Of a stretch of DNA of 61,799 nt, positions 25,801-40,800 are shown piece by piece. The position numbers were made by a program, and so were the translations under genes. The notes beneath the pieces are model-generated. The model was not told where the DNA came from and ran no database searches. It saw only the letters and a list, made by a program, of their open reading frames with translations. This stretch comes from Euprymna scolopes (Eukaryota). Every line of letters starts with the position of its first letter. Positions within the stretch are counted from its first letter, which is position 1. The stretch is taken from NCBI GenBank assembly GCA_053919585.1, contig CM132811.1. One strand, written 5' to 3'.

Positions 25801-28800
25801 TTTCAAAAGTAGTTATTCCAATAAGACGTTGTATTACAATGCAGTATCAAAAGTAGTTATTCCAATAAGACGTTGTATTACAATGCAGTATCAAAAGTAG
25901 TTATTCCAATAAGACGTTGTATTACAATGCAGTATCAAAAGTAGTTATTCCAATAAGACGTTGTATTACAATGCAGTATCAAAAGTAGTTATTCCAATAA
26001 GACGTTGTATTACAATGCAGTATCAAAAGTAGTTATTCCAATAAGACGTTGTATTACAATGCAGTTTCAAAAGTAATTATTCCAATAAGACGTGGTATTA
26101 CAATGCAGTATAAAAAGTAATTATTCCAATAAGACGCTGTATTACAATGCAGTATCGAAAGTAGTTATTACAATAAGACACTGTATTACAATGCAGTATT
26201 TAAAGTAGCTATTACAATAAGACGTTGTATTACAATACAGTATCAAAAGTAGTTATTCCAATAAGATGTTGTATTACAATGCAGTATCAAAAGTAGTTAT
26301 TCCAATAAGACGCTGTATTACAATGCAGTATCGAAAGTAGCTATTACAATAAGACGTTGTATTACAATGCAGTATCAAAAGTACTTATTCCAATAAGACG
26401 TTGTATTACAATGCAGTATCAAAAGTAGTTATTCCAATAAGACGTTGTATTACAATGCAGTATCAAAAGTAGTTATTCCAATAAGACGTTGTGTGACAAT
26501 GCAGTATCAAAAGTAGTTATTCCAAAAGGACGTTGTATTACAATGCAGTATCAAAAGTAGTTATTCCAATAAGACGCTGTATTACAATGCCGTATCAAAA
26601 GTAGTTATTCCAATAAGACGTTGTATTACAATGCAGTATCAAAAGTAGTTATTCCAATAAGACGTTGTATTACAATGCAGTATCGAAAGTAATTATTCCA
26701 ATAAGACGTTGTATTAAAATGCAGTATCGAAAGTAGTTATTAAAATAAGACGTTATATTACAATGCAGTTTCAAAAGTAATTATTCCAATAAGACGTTGT
26801 ATTACAATGCAGTATCAAAAGTAGTTATTCCAATAAGACGTTGTATTACAATGCAGTTTCAAAAGTAATTATTCCAATAAGACGTTGTATTACAATGCAG
26901 TATAAAAAGTAGTTATTCCACTAAGACGCTGTATTAACATGCAGTATCAAATATAATTATTCCAATAAGACGTTGTATTACAATGCAGTATCAAAAGTAG
27001 TTATTCCAATAAGACGTTGTATTACAATGAAGTTTCAAAAGTAGTTATTCCAATAAGACGTTGTATTACAATGCAATATCAAAAGTAGTTATTCCAATAA
27101 GACGTTGTATTACAATGAAGTTTAAAAAGTAATTATTCCAATAAGACGTTGTATTACAATGCAGTATCAAAAGTAGTTATTCCAATAAGACGTTGTATTA
27201 CCATGCAGTTTACAAAAGTAGTTATTCCAAAAAGACGTTGTATTACAATGCAGTATCAAAAGTAGTTATTCCAATAAGACGTTATATTACAATGCAGTTT
27301 CAAAAGTAGTTATTCCAATAAGACGCTGTATTACAATGCAGTATTAAAATAGTTATTCCAATAAGATGTTGTATTACAATGCAGTTTACAAAAGTAATTA
27401 TTCCAATAAGACGTTGTATTACAATGCAGTTTAAAAAGTAATTGTTCAAATAAGACGTTGTATTACAATGCAGTATCAAAAGTAGTTATTCCAATAAGAC
27501 GTTGTATTACAATGCAGTATCGAAAGTAGTTATTCCAATAAGACGTTGTATTACAATGCAGTATCGAAAGTAGTTATTCCAATAAGACGTTGTATTACAA
27601 TGCAGTATCAAAAGTAGTTATTCCAATAAGACGTTGTATTACAATGCAGTTTCAAAAGTAATAATTCCAATAAGACGTTGTATTACAATGCAGTATAAAA
27701 AGTAGTTATTCTAATAAGACGCTGTATTACAATGCAGTATCAAATATAATTATTCCAATAAGACGTTGTATTACCATGCAGTATCAAAAGTAGTTATTCC
27801 AATAAGACGTTGTATTACAATGAAGTTTCAAAAGTAGTTATTCCAATAAGACGCTGTATTAAAATGCAATATCAAAAGTAGTTATTCCAATAAGACGTTG
27901 TATTACAATGCAGTATCAAAAGTAGTTATTCCAATAAGACGTTGTATTACAATGCAGTATCGAAAGTAGTTATTCCAATAAGACGTTGTATTACAATGCA
28001 GTATCAAAAGTAGTTTTTCCAATAAGACGTTGTATTACAATGCAGTATCAAAAGTAGTTATTCCAATAAGACGTTGTATTACAATGCAGTTTCAAAAGTA
28101 ATTATTCCAATAAGACGTTGTATTACAATGCAGTATAAAAAGTAGTTATTCCAATAAGACGCTGTATTACAATGCAGTATACAAAAGTAATTATTCCAAT
28201 AAGACGTTGTATTACAATGCAGTATCAAAAGTAGTTATTCCAATTAGACGTTGTATTACAATGCAGTTTAAAAAGTAGTTATTCCAATAAGACGTTGTAT
28301 TACAATGCAGTATCAAAAGTAGTTATTCCAATAAGACGTTATATTACAATGCAGTTTCAAAAGTAATTGTTCAAATAAGACGTTGTATTACAATGCCGTA
28401 TCAAAAGTAGTTATTCCAATAAGACGTTGTATTACAATGCAGTATCGAAAGTAGTTATTCCAATAAGACGTTGTATTACAATGCAGTTTCAAAAGTAGTT
28501 ATTCCAATAAGACGTTGTATTACAATGCAGTATCGAAAGTAGCTATTACAATAAGACGTTGTATTACAATGCAGTATCAAAAGTAGTTATTCCAATAAGA
28601 CGCTGTATTACAATGCAGTATCAAAAGTAGTTATTCCAATAAGACGTTGTATTACAATGCAGTATCAAAAGTAGTTATTCCAATAAGACGTTGTATTACA
28701 ATGCAGTATCAAAAGTAGTTATTCCAATAAGACGTTGTATTACAATGCAGTATCAAAAGTAGTTATTCCAATAAGACGCTGTATTACAATGCAGTATCAA

Positions 28801-31800
28801 AAGTAGTTATTCCAATAAGACGTTGTATTACAATGCAGTATCAAAAGTAGTTATTACAATAAGACGTTGTATTACAATGCAGTATCGAAAGTAGTTATTC
28901 CAATAAGACGTTGTATTACAATGCAGTATCAAAAGTAGTTATTCCAATAAGACGTTGTATTACAATGCAGTATCAAAAGTAGTTATTCCAATAAGACGTT
29001 GTATTACAATGCAGTATCAAAAGTAGTTATTCCAATAAGACGTTGTATTACAATGTAGTATCGAAAGTAGTTATTCCAATAAGACGTTGTATTTCAATGC
29101 AGTATCACAAGTAGTTATTCCAATAAGACGTTGTATTACAATGCAGTATCAAAAGTAGTTATTCCAATAAGACGTTGTATTACAATGGAGTATCGAAAGT
29201 AATTATTCCAATAAGACGTTGTATTAAAATGCAGTATCGAAAGTAGTTATTAAAATTAGACGTAGTATTACAATGCAGTTTCAAAAGTAGTTATTCCAAT
29301 AAGACGTTGTATTACAATGCAGTATCAAAAGTAGTTATTCCAATAAGACGTTGTATTACAATGCAGTTTCAAAAGTAATTATTCCAATAAGACGTTGTAT
29401 TACAATGCAGTATCAAAAGTAGTTATTCCAATAAGACGTTGTATTACAATGCAGTTTCAAAAGTAGTTATTCCAATAAGACGTTGTATTACAATGCAGTA
29501 TCAAAAGTAGTTATTCTAATAAGACGTTATATTACAATGCAGTTTCAAAAGTAGTTATTCCAATAAGACGCTGTATTACAATGCAGTATTAAAATAGTTG
29601 TTCCAATAAGATGTTGTATTACAATGCAGTTTACAAAAGTAATTATTCCAATAAGACGTTGTATTACAATGCAGTTTAAAAAGTAATTGTTCAAATAAGA
29701 CGTTGTATTACAATGCAGTATCAAAAGTAGTTATTCCAATAAGACGTTGTATTACAATGCAGTATCGAAAGTAGTTATTCCAATAAGACGTTGTATTACA
29801 ATGCAGTATCGAAAGTAGTTATTCCAATAAGACGTTGTATTACAATGCAGTATCAAAAGTAGTTATTCCAATAAGACGTTGTATTACAATGCAGTATCAA
29901 AAGTAGTTATTCCAATAAGACGTTGTATTACAATGCAGTTTCAAAAGTAATTATTCCAATAAGACGTTGTATTACAATGCAGTATCAAAAGTAGTTATTC
30001 CAATAAGACGCTGTATTACCATGCAGTATACAAAAGTAATTATTCCAATAAGACGTTGTATTACAATGCAGTATCAAAAGTAGTTATTCCTATTAGACGT
30101 TGTATTACAATGCAGTTTCAAAAGTAGTTATTCCAATAAGACGCTGTATTACAATGCAGTATCAAAAGTAGTTAATCCAATAAGACGTTATATTACAATG
30201 CAGTTTCAAAAGTAATTATTCCAATAAGACGCTGTATTACAATGCAGTATCAAAAGTAGTTATTCCAATAAGACGCTGTATTACAATGCAGTATCAAAAG
30301 TAGTTATTCCAATAAGACGTTGTATTACAATGCAGTATCAAAAGTAGTTATTACAAAAAAGACGTTGTATTACAATGCAGTATCAAAAGTAGTTATTGCA
30401 ATAAGACGTTGTATTACAATGCAGTATCAAAAGTAGTCGTTCCAATAAGACGTTGTATTACAATGCAGTATGAAAAGTAGTTATTCCAATAAGACGTTGT
30501 ATTACAATGCAGTATTAAAAGTAGTTATTCCAATAAGACGTTGTATTACAATGCAGTATCAAAAGTAGTTATTCCAATAAGACGTTGTATTACAATGAAG
30601 TATCAAAAGTAGTTATTCCAATAAGACGTTGTATTACAATGCAGTATCAAAAGTAGTTATTCCAATAAGACGTTGTATTACAATGCAGTTTCAAAAGTAA
30701 TTATTCTAATAAGACGTGGTATTACAATGCAGTATCAAAAGTAATTATTCCAATAAGACGCTGTATTACAATGCAGTATCGAAAGTAGTTATTACAATAA
30801 GACACTGTATTACAATGCAGTATCGAAAGTAGCTATTACAATAAGACGTTGTATTACAATGCAGTATCAAAAGTAGTTATTCCAATAAGACGTTGTATTA
30901 CAATGCAGTATCAAAAGTAGTTATTCCAATAAGACGTTGTATTACAATGCAGTATCAAAAGTAGTTATTCCAATAAGACGTTGTATTACAATGCAGTATC
31001 AAAAGTAGTTATTCCAATAAGACGTTGTATTACAATGCAGTATCAAAAGTAGTTATACCAATAAGACGCTGTATTACAATGCAGTATCAAAAGTAGTTAT
31101 TCCAATAAGACGTTGTATTACAATGCAGTATCAAAAGTAGTTATTACAATAAGACGTTGTATTACAATGCAGTATCGAAAGTAGTTATTCCAATAAGACG
31201 TTGTATTACCATGCAGTATCAAAAGTAGTTATTCCAATAAGACGTTGTATTACAATGCAGTATCAAAAGTAGTTATTCCAATAAGACGTTGTATTACAAT
31301 GCAGTATCAAAAGTAGTTATTCCAATAAGACGTTGTATTACAATGCAGTATCGAAAGTAGTTATTCCAATAAGACGTTGTATTACAATGCAGTATCGAAA
31401 GTAGTTATTCCAATCAGACGTTGTATTACAATGCAGTATCAAAAGTACTTATTCCAATAAGACGTTGTATTACAATTCAGTATCAAAAGTAGTTATTCCA
31501 ATAAGACGTTGTATTACAATGCAGTATCGAAAGTAATTATTCCAATAAGACGTTGTATTAAAATGCAGTATCGAAAGTAGTTATTACAATAAGACGTTGT
31601 ATTACAATGCAGTATCAAAAGTGGTTATTCCAATAAGACGTTGTATTACAATGCAATATCAAAAGTAGTTATTCCAATCAGACGTTGTATTACAATGCAG
31701 TTTCAAAAGTAATTATTCCAATAAGACGTTGTATTACAATGCAGTATCAAAAGTAGTTATTCCAATAAGTCGTTGTATTACAATGCAGTTTCAAAAGTAG

Positions 31801-34800
31801 TTATTCCAAAAAGAAGTTGTATTACAATGCAGTATCAAAAGTAATTATTCCGATAAGACGTTATATTACAATGCAGTTTCAAAAGTAATTATTCCAATAA
31901 GACGATGTATTACAATGCAGTATCAAAAGTAGTTATTCCAATAAGATTTTGTATTACAATGCAGTTTCAAAAGTAATTATTCCAATAAGACGTTGTATTA
32001 CAATGCAGTTTAAAATGTAATTGTTCCAATAAGACGTTGTATTACAATGCAGTATCAAAAGTAGTTATTCCAATAAGACGTTGTATTACAATGCAGTATC
32101 GAAAGTAGTTATTCCAATAAGACGTTGTATTACAAGTCAGTATCAAAAGTAGTTATTCCAATAAGACGTCGTATTACAATGCAGTTTCAAAAGTAATTAT
32201 TCCAATAAGACGTTGTATACAATGCAGTATCAAAAGTAGTTATTCCAATAAGACGCTGTATTACAATGCAGTATACAAAAGTAATAGTATCAAAAGTTGT
32301 TATTCCTATTAGACGTTGTATTACAATGCAGTTTCAAAAGTAGTTATTCCAATAAGACGTTGTATTACAATGCAGTATCAAAAGTAGTTATTCCAATAAG
32401 ACGTTGTATTACAATGCAGTTTCAAAAGTAGTTATTCCAATAAGACGTTGTATTACAATGCAGTATCAAAAGTAGTTATTCCAATAAGACGTTATATTAC
32501 AATGCAGTTTCAAAAGTAATTATTCCAATAAGACGCTGTATTACAATGCAGTATCAAAAGTAGTTATTCCAATAAGACGCTGTATTACAATGCAGTATCA
32601 AAAGTAGTTATTCCAATAAGACGTTGTATTACAATGCAGTATCAAAAGTAGTTATTCCAATAAGACGTTGTATTACAATGCAGTATCAAAAGTAGTTATT
32701 CCAATAAGACGTTGTATTACAATGCAGTATCAAAAGTAGTTATTCCAATAAGACGTTGTATTACAATGCAGTATCAAAAGTAGTTATTCCAATAAGACGT
32801 TGTATTACAATGCAGTATCAAAAGTAGTTATTCCAATAAGACGTTGTATTACAATGCAGTTTCAAAAGTAGTTATTCCAATAAGACGTTGTATTACAATG
32901 CAGTATAAAAAGTAATTATTCCAATAAGACGCTGTATTACAATGCAGTATCGAAAGTAGTTATTACAATAAGACACTGTATTACAATGCAGTATTGAAAG
33001 TAGCTATTACAATAAGACGTTGTATTACAATACAGTATCAAAAGTAGTTATTACAATAAGACGTTGTATTACAATGCAGTATCAAAAGTAGTTATTCCAA
33101 TAAGACGTGGTATTACAATGCAGTATTAAAAGTAATTATTCCAATAAGACGCTGTATTACAATGCAGTATCGAAAGTAGTTATTACAATAAGACACTGTA
33201 TTACAATGCAGTATTGAAAGTAGCTATTACAATAAGACGTTGTATTACAATACAGTATCAAAAGTAGTTATTCCAATAAGATGTTGTATTACAATGCAGT
33301 ATCAAAAGTAGTTATTCCCATAAGACGCTGTATTACAATGCAGTATCGAAAGTAGCTATTACAATAAGACCTTGTATTACAATGCAGTATCAAAAGTAGT
33401 TATTCCCATAAGACGCTGTATTACAATGCAGTATCGAAAGTAGCTATTACAATAAGACGTTGTATGAACATGCAGTATCAAAAGTAGTTATTCCAATAAG
33501 ACGTTGTATTACAATGCAGTATCAAAAGTAGTTATTCCAATAAGACGTTGTATTACAATGCAGTATCAAAAGTAGTTATTGCAATAAGACGTTGTATTAC
33601 AATGCAGTATCAAAAGTAGTCGTTCCAATAAGACGTTGTATTACAATGCAGTATGAAAAGTAGTTATTCCAATAAGACGTTGTATTACAATGCAGTATTA
33701 AAAGTAGTTATTCCAATAAGACGTTGTATTACAATGCAGTATCAAAAGTAGTTATTCCAATAAGACGTTGTATTACAATGCAGTATCAAAAGTAGTTATT
33801 CCAATAAGACGTTGTATTACAATGCAGTATCAAAAGTAGTTATTCCAATAAGACGTTGTATTACAATGCAGTTTCAAAAGTAATTATTCTAATAAGACGT
33901 GGTATTACAATGCAGTATCAAAAGTAATTATTCCAATAAGACGCTGTATTACAATGCAGTATCGAAAGTAGTTATTACAATAAGACACTGTATTACAATG
34001 CAGTATCGAAAGTAGCTATTACAATAAGACGTTGTATTACAATGCAGTATCAAAAGTAGTTATTCCAATAAGACGTTGTATTACAATGCAGTATCAAAAG
34101 TAGTTATTCCAATAAGACGTTGTATTACAATGCAGTATCAAAAGTAGTTATTCCAATAAGACGTTGTATTACAATGCAGTATCAAAAGTAGTTATTCCAA
34201 TAAGACGTTGTATTACAATGCAGTATCAAAAGTAGTTATACCAATAAGACGCTGTATTACAATGCAGTATCAAAAGTAGTTATTCCAATAAGACGTTGTA
34301 TTACAATGCAGTATCAAAAGTAGTTATTACAATAAGACGTTGTATTACAATGCAGTATCGAAAGTAGTTATTCCAATAAGACGTTGTATTACCATGCAGT
34401 ATCAAAAGTAGTTATTCCAATAAGACGTTGTATTACAATGCAGTATCAAAAGTAGTTATTCCAATAAGACGTTGTATTACAATGCAGTATCAAAAGTAGT
34501 TATTCCAATAAGACGTTGTATTACAATGCAGTATCGAAAGTAGTTATTCCAATAAGACGTTGTATTACAATGCAGTATCAAAAGTAGTTATTCCAATCAG
34601 ACGTTGTATTACAATGCAGTATCAAAAGTACTTATTCCAATAAGACGTTGTATTACAATTCAGTATCAAAAGTAGTTATTCCAATAAGACGTTGTATTAC
34701 AATGCAGTATCGAAAGTAATTATTCCAATAAGACGTTGTATTAAAATGCAGTATCGAAAGTAGTTATTACAATAAGACGTTGTATTACAATGCAGTATCA

Positions 34801-37800
34801 AAAGTGGTTATTCCAATAAGACGTTGTATTACAATGCAATATCAAAAGTAGTTATTCCAATCAGACGTTGTATTACAATGCAGTTTCAAAAGTAATTATT
34901 CCAATAAGACGTTGTATTACAATGCAGTATCAAAAGTAGTTATTCCAATAAGTCGTTGTATTACAATGCAGTTTCAAAAGTAGTTATTCCAAAAAGAAGT
35001 TGTATTACAATGCAGTATCAAAAGTAATTATTCCGATAAGACGTTATATTACAATGCAGTTTCAAAAGTAATTATTCCAATAAGACGATGTATTACAATG
35101 CAGTATCAAAAGTAGTTATTCCAATAAGATTTTGTATTACAATGCAGTTTCAAAAGTAATTATTCCAATAAGACGTTGTATTACAATGCAGTTTAAAATG
35201 TAATTGTTCCAATAAGACGTTGTATTACAATGCAGTATCAAAAGTAGTTATTCCAATAAGACGTTGTATTACAATGCAGTATCGAAAGTAGTTATTCCAA
35301 TAAGACGTTGTATTACAAGTCAGTATAAAAAGTAGTTATTCCAATAAGACGTCGTATTACAATGCAGTTTCAAAAGTAATTATTCCAATAAGACGTTGTA
35401 TACAATGCAGTATCAAAAGTAGTTATTCCAATAAGACGCTGTATTACAATGCAGTATACAAAAGTAATAGTATCAAAAGTTGTTATTCCTATTAGACGTT
35501 GTATTACAATGCAGTTTCAAAAGTAGTTATTCCAATAAGACGTTGTATTACAATGCAGTATCAAAAGTAGTTATTCCAATAAGACGTTGTATTACAATGC
35601 AGTTTCAAAAGTAGTTATTCCAATAAGACGTTGTATTACAATGCAGTATCAAAAGTAGTTATTCCAATAAGACGTTATATTACAATGCAGTTTCAAAAGT
35701 AATTATTCCAATAAGACGCTGTATTACAATGCAGTATCAAAAGTAGTTATTCCAATAAGACGCTGTATTACAATGCAGTATCAAAAGTAGTTATTCCAAT
35801 AAGACGTTGTATTACAATGCAGTATCAAAAGTAGTTATTCCAATAAGACGTTGTATTACAATGCAGTATCAAAAGTAGTTATTCCAATAAGACGTTGTAT
35901 TACAATGCAGTATCAAAAGTAGTTATTCCAATAAGACGTTGTATTACAATGCAGTATCAAAAGTAGTTATTCCAATAAGACGTTGTATTACAATGCAGTA
36001 TCAAAAGTAGTTATTCCAATAAGACGTTGTATTACAATGCAGTTTCAAAAGTAGTTATTCCAATAAGACGTTGTATTACAATGCAGTATAAAAAGTAATT
36101 ATTCCAATAAGACGCTCTATTACAATGCAGTATCGAAAGTAGTTATTACAATAAGACACTGTATTACAATGCAGTATTGAAAGTAGCTATTACAATAAGA
36201 CGTTGTATTACAATACAGTATCAAAAGTAGTTATTACAATAAGACGTTGTATTACAATGCAGTATCAAAAGTAGTTATTCCAATAAGACGTGGTATTACA
36301 ATGCAGTATTAAAAGTAATTATTCCAATAAGACGCTGTATTACAATGCAGTATCGAAAGTAGTTATTACAATAAGACACTGTATTACAATGCAGTATTGA
36401 AAGTAGCTATTACAATAAGACGTTGTATTACAATACAGTATCAAAAGTAGTTATTCCAATAAGATGTTGTATTACAATGCAGTATCAAAAGTAGTTATTC
36501 CCATAAGACGCTGTATTACAATGCAGTATCGAAAGTAGCTATTACAATAAGACCTTGTATTACAATGCAGTATCAAAAGTAGTTATTCCCATAAGACGCT
36601 GTATTACAATGCAGTATCGAAAGTAGCTATTACAATAAGACGTTGTATGAACATGCAGTATCAAAAGTAGTTATTCCAATAAGACGTTGTATTACAATGC
36701 AGTATCAAAAGTAGTTATTCCAATAAGACGTTGTATTACAATGCAGTATCAAAAGTAGTTATTCCAATAAGACGTTGTATTACAATGCAGTATCAAAAGT
36801 AGTTATTCCAATAAGACGCTGTATTACAATGCAGTATCAAAAGTAGTTATTCCAATAAGACGTTGTATTACAATGCAGTATCAAAAGTAGTTATTACAAT
36901 AAGACGTTGTATTACAATGCAGTATCGACAGTAGTTATTCCAATAAGACGTTGTATTACAATGCAGTATCAAAAGTAGTTATTCCAATAAGACGTTGTAT
37001 TACAATGCAGTATCAAAAGTAGTTATTCCAATAAGACGTTGTATTACAATGCAGTATCAAAAGTAGTTATTCCAATAAGACGTTGTATTACAATGCAGTA
37101 TCGAAAGTAGTTATTCCAATAAGACGTTGTATTACAATGCAGTATCAAAAGTAGTTATTGCAATAAGACGTTGTATTACAATGCAGTATCAAAAGTAGTT
37201 ATTCCAATAAGACGTTGTATTACAATGCAGTATTAAAAGTAGTTATTCCAATAAGTCGTATTACAATGCAGTATCGAAAGTAATTATTCCAATAAGACGT
37301 TTTATTAAAATGCAGTATCGAAAGTAGTTATTACAATAAGACGTTGTATTACAATGCAGTATCAAAAGTAGTTATTCCAATAAGACGTTGTATTACAATG
37401 CAGTATCAAAAGTAGTTATTCCAATAAGACGTTGTATTACAATGCAGTTTCAAAAGTAATTATTCCAATAAGACGTTGTATTACAATGCAGTATCAAAAG
37501 TAGTTATTCCAATAAGACGCTGTATTACAATGCAGTATCAAATATAATTATTCCAATAAGACGTTGTATTACAATGCAGTATCAAAAGTAGTTATTCCAA
37601 TAAGACGTTGTATTACAATGAAGTTTAAAAAGTAGTTATTCCAATAAGACGTTGTATTACAATGCAGTATCCAAAGTAGTTTTTCCAATAAGACGTTGTA
37701 TTACAATGCAGTATGAAAAGTAGTTATTCCAATAAGACGTTGTATTACAATGCAGTATCAAAAGTAGTTATTCCAATAAGACGTTGTATTACAATGCAGT

Positions 37801-40800
37801 ATCAAAAGTAGTTATTCTAATAAGACGTTGTATTACAATGCAGTTTCAAAAGTAATTATTCCAATAAGACGTTGTATTACAATGCAGTTTCAAAAGTAGT
37901 TATTCCAATAAGACGTTGTATTACAATGCAGTATCAAAAGTAGTTATTCCAATAAGACGTTGTATTACAATGCAGTATACAAAAGTAATTATTCCAATAG
38001 GACGTTGTATTACAATGCAGTATCAAAAGTTGTTATTCCAATTAGACGTTGTATTACAATGCAGTTTCAAAAGTAGTTATTCCAATAAGACGTTGTATTA
38101 CAATGCAGTATCAAAAGTAGTTATTCCAATAAGACGTTGTATTACAATGCAGTATCAAAAGTAGTTATTCCAATAAGACGTTGTATTACAATGCAGTATC
38201 AAAATAGTTATTCAAAAAAGACGTTGTATTACAATGCAGTATCAAAAGTAGTTATTACAATAAGACGTTGTATTACAATGCAGTATCAAAAGTAGTTATT
38301 CTAATAAGACGTTGTATTACAATGCAGTATCAAAAGTAGTTATTCCAATAAGACGTTGTATTACAATGCAGTATCAAAAGTAGTTATTCCAATAAGACGT
38401 TGTATTACAATGCAGTATCAAAAGTAGTTATTCCAATAAGACGTTGTATTACAATGCAGTATCAAAAATGGTTATTCCAATAAGACGTTGTATTACAATG
38501 CAGTATCAAAAGTAGTTATTCCAATAAGACGTTGCATTACAATGCAGTATCAAAAGTAGTTATTCCAATAAGACGTTGTATTACAATGCAGTTTCAAAAG
38601 TAATTATTCCAATAAGACGTGGTATTACAATGCAGTATAAAAAGTAATTATTCCAATAAGACGCTGTATTACAATGCAGTATCGAAAGTAGCTATTACAA
38701 TAAGACGTTGTATTACAATACATTATCAAAAGTAGTTATTCCAATAAGATGTTGTATTACAATGCAGTATCAAAAGTAGTTATTCCAATAAGACGCTGTA
38801 TTACAATGCAGTATCGAAAGTAGCTATTACAATAAGACGTTGTATTACAATGCAGTATCAAAAGTAGTTATTCCAATAAGACGTTGTATTACAATGCAGT
38901 ATCAAAAATAGTTATTCCAATAAGACGTTGTATTACAATGCAGTATCAAAAGTAGTTATTCCAATAAGACGTTGTATTACAATGCAGTATCAAAAGTAGT
39001 TATTCCAATAAGACGTTGTATTACAATGCAGTATCAAAAGTAGTTATTCCAATAAGACGCTGTATTACAATGCAGTATGAAAAGTAGTTATTCCAATAAG
39101 ACGTTGTATTACAATGCAGTATCAAAAGTAGTTATTCCAATAAGACGTTGTATTACAATGCAGTATCAAAAGTAGTTATTCCAATAAGACGTTGTATTAC
39201 AATGCAGTTTCAAAAGTAATTATTCCAATAAGACGTTATATTACAATGCAGTTTCAAAAGTAATTATTCCAATAAGACGCTGTATTACAATGCAGTATCA
39301 AAAGTAGTTATTCCAATAAGATGTTGTATTACAATGCAGTTTCAAAAGTAATTTTTCCAATAAGACGTTGTATTACAATGCAGTTTAAAAAGTAATTGTT
39401 CCAATAAGACGTTGTATTACAATGCAGTATCAAAAGTAGTTATTCCAATAAGACGTTGTATTACAATGCAGTATCGAAAGTAGTTATTCCAATAAGACGT
39501 TGTATTACAATGCAGTATCGAAAGTAGTTATTCCAATAAGACGTTGTATTACAATGCAGTATCAAAAGTAGTTATTCCAATAAGACGTTGTATTACAAGT
39601 CAGTATCAAAGGTAGTTATTCCAATAAGACGTTGTATTACAATGCAGTTTCAAAAGTAATTATTCCAATAAGACGTTGTATACAATGCAGTATCAAAAGT
39701 AGTTATTCCAATAAGACGCTGTATTACAATGCAGTATACAAAAGTAATAGTATCAAATGTAGTTATTCCAATTAGACGCTGTATTACAATGCAGTTTCAA
39801 AAGTACTTATTCCAATAAGACGTTGTGTTACAATGCAGTATCAAAAGTAGTTATTCCAATAAGACGTTGTATTACAATGCAGTTTAAAATGTAATTGTTC
39901 CAATAAGACGTTGTATTACAATGCAGTATCAAAAGTAGTTATTCCAATAAGACGTTATATTACAATGCAGTTTTAAAAGTAATTATTCCAATAAGACGCT
40001 GTATTACAATGCAGTATCAAAAGTAGTTATTCCAATAAGACGCTGTATTACAATGCAGTATCAAAAGTAGTTATTCCAATAAGACGTTGTATTACAATGC
40101 AGTATCAAAAGTAGTTATTCAAATAAGACGTTGTATTACAATGCAGTATCAAAAGTAGTTATTACAATAAGACGTTGTATTACAATGCAGTATCAAAAGT
40201 AGTTATTCCAATAAGACGTTGTATTACAATGCAGTATCAAAAGTAGTTATTCCAATAAGACGTTGTATTACAATGCAGTATCAAAAGTAGTTATTCCAAT
40301 AAGACGTTGTATTACAATGCAGTATCAAAAGTAGTTATTCCAATAAGACGTTGTATTACAATGCAGTATCAAAAGTAGTTATTCCAATAAGACGTTGTAT
40401 TACAATGCAGTATCAAAAGTAGTTATTCCAATAAGACGTTGTATTACAATGCAGTATCAAAAGTAGTTATTCCAATAAGACGTTGTATTACAATGCAGTT
40501 TCAAAAGTAATTATTCCAATAAGACGTGGTATTACAATGCAGTATAAAAAGTAATTATTCCAATAAGACGCTGTATTACAATGCAGTATCGAAAGTAGTT
40601 ATTACAGTAAGACACTGTATTAAAATGCAGTATGGAAAGTAGCTATTACAATAAGACGTTGTATTACAATACAGTATCAAAAGTAGTTATTCCAATAAGA
40701 TGTTGTATTACAATGCAGTATCAAAAGTAATTATTCCAATAAGACGCTGTATTACAATGCAGTATCGAAAGTAGCTATTACAATAAGACGTTGTATTACA

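Noticed and set aside
37916-38164. 82-aa repetitive ORF
   Set aside because: Chance read-through of satellite monomers with point variants.
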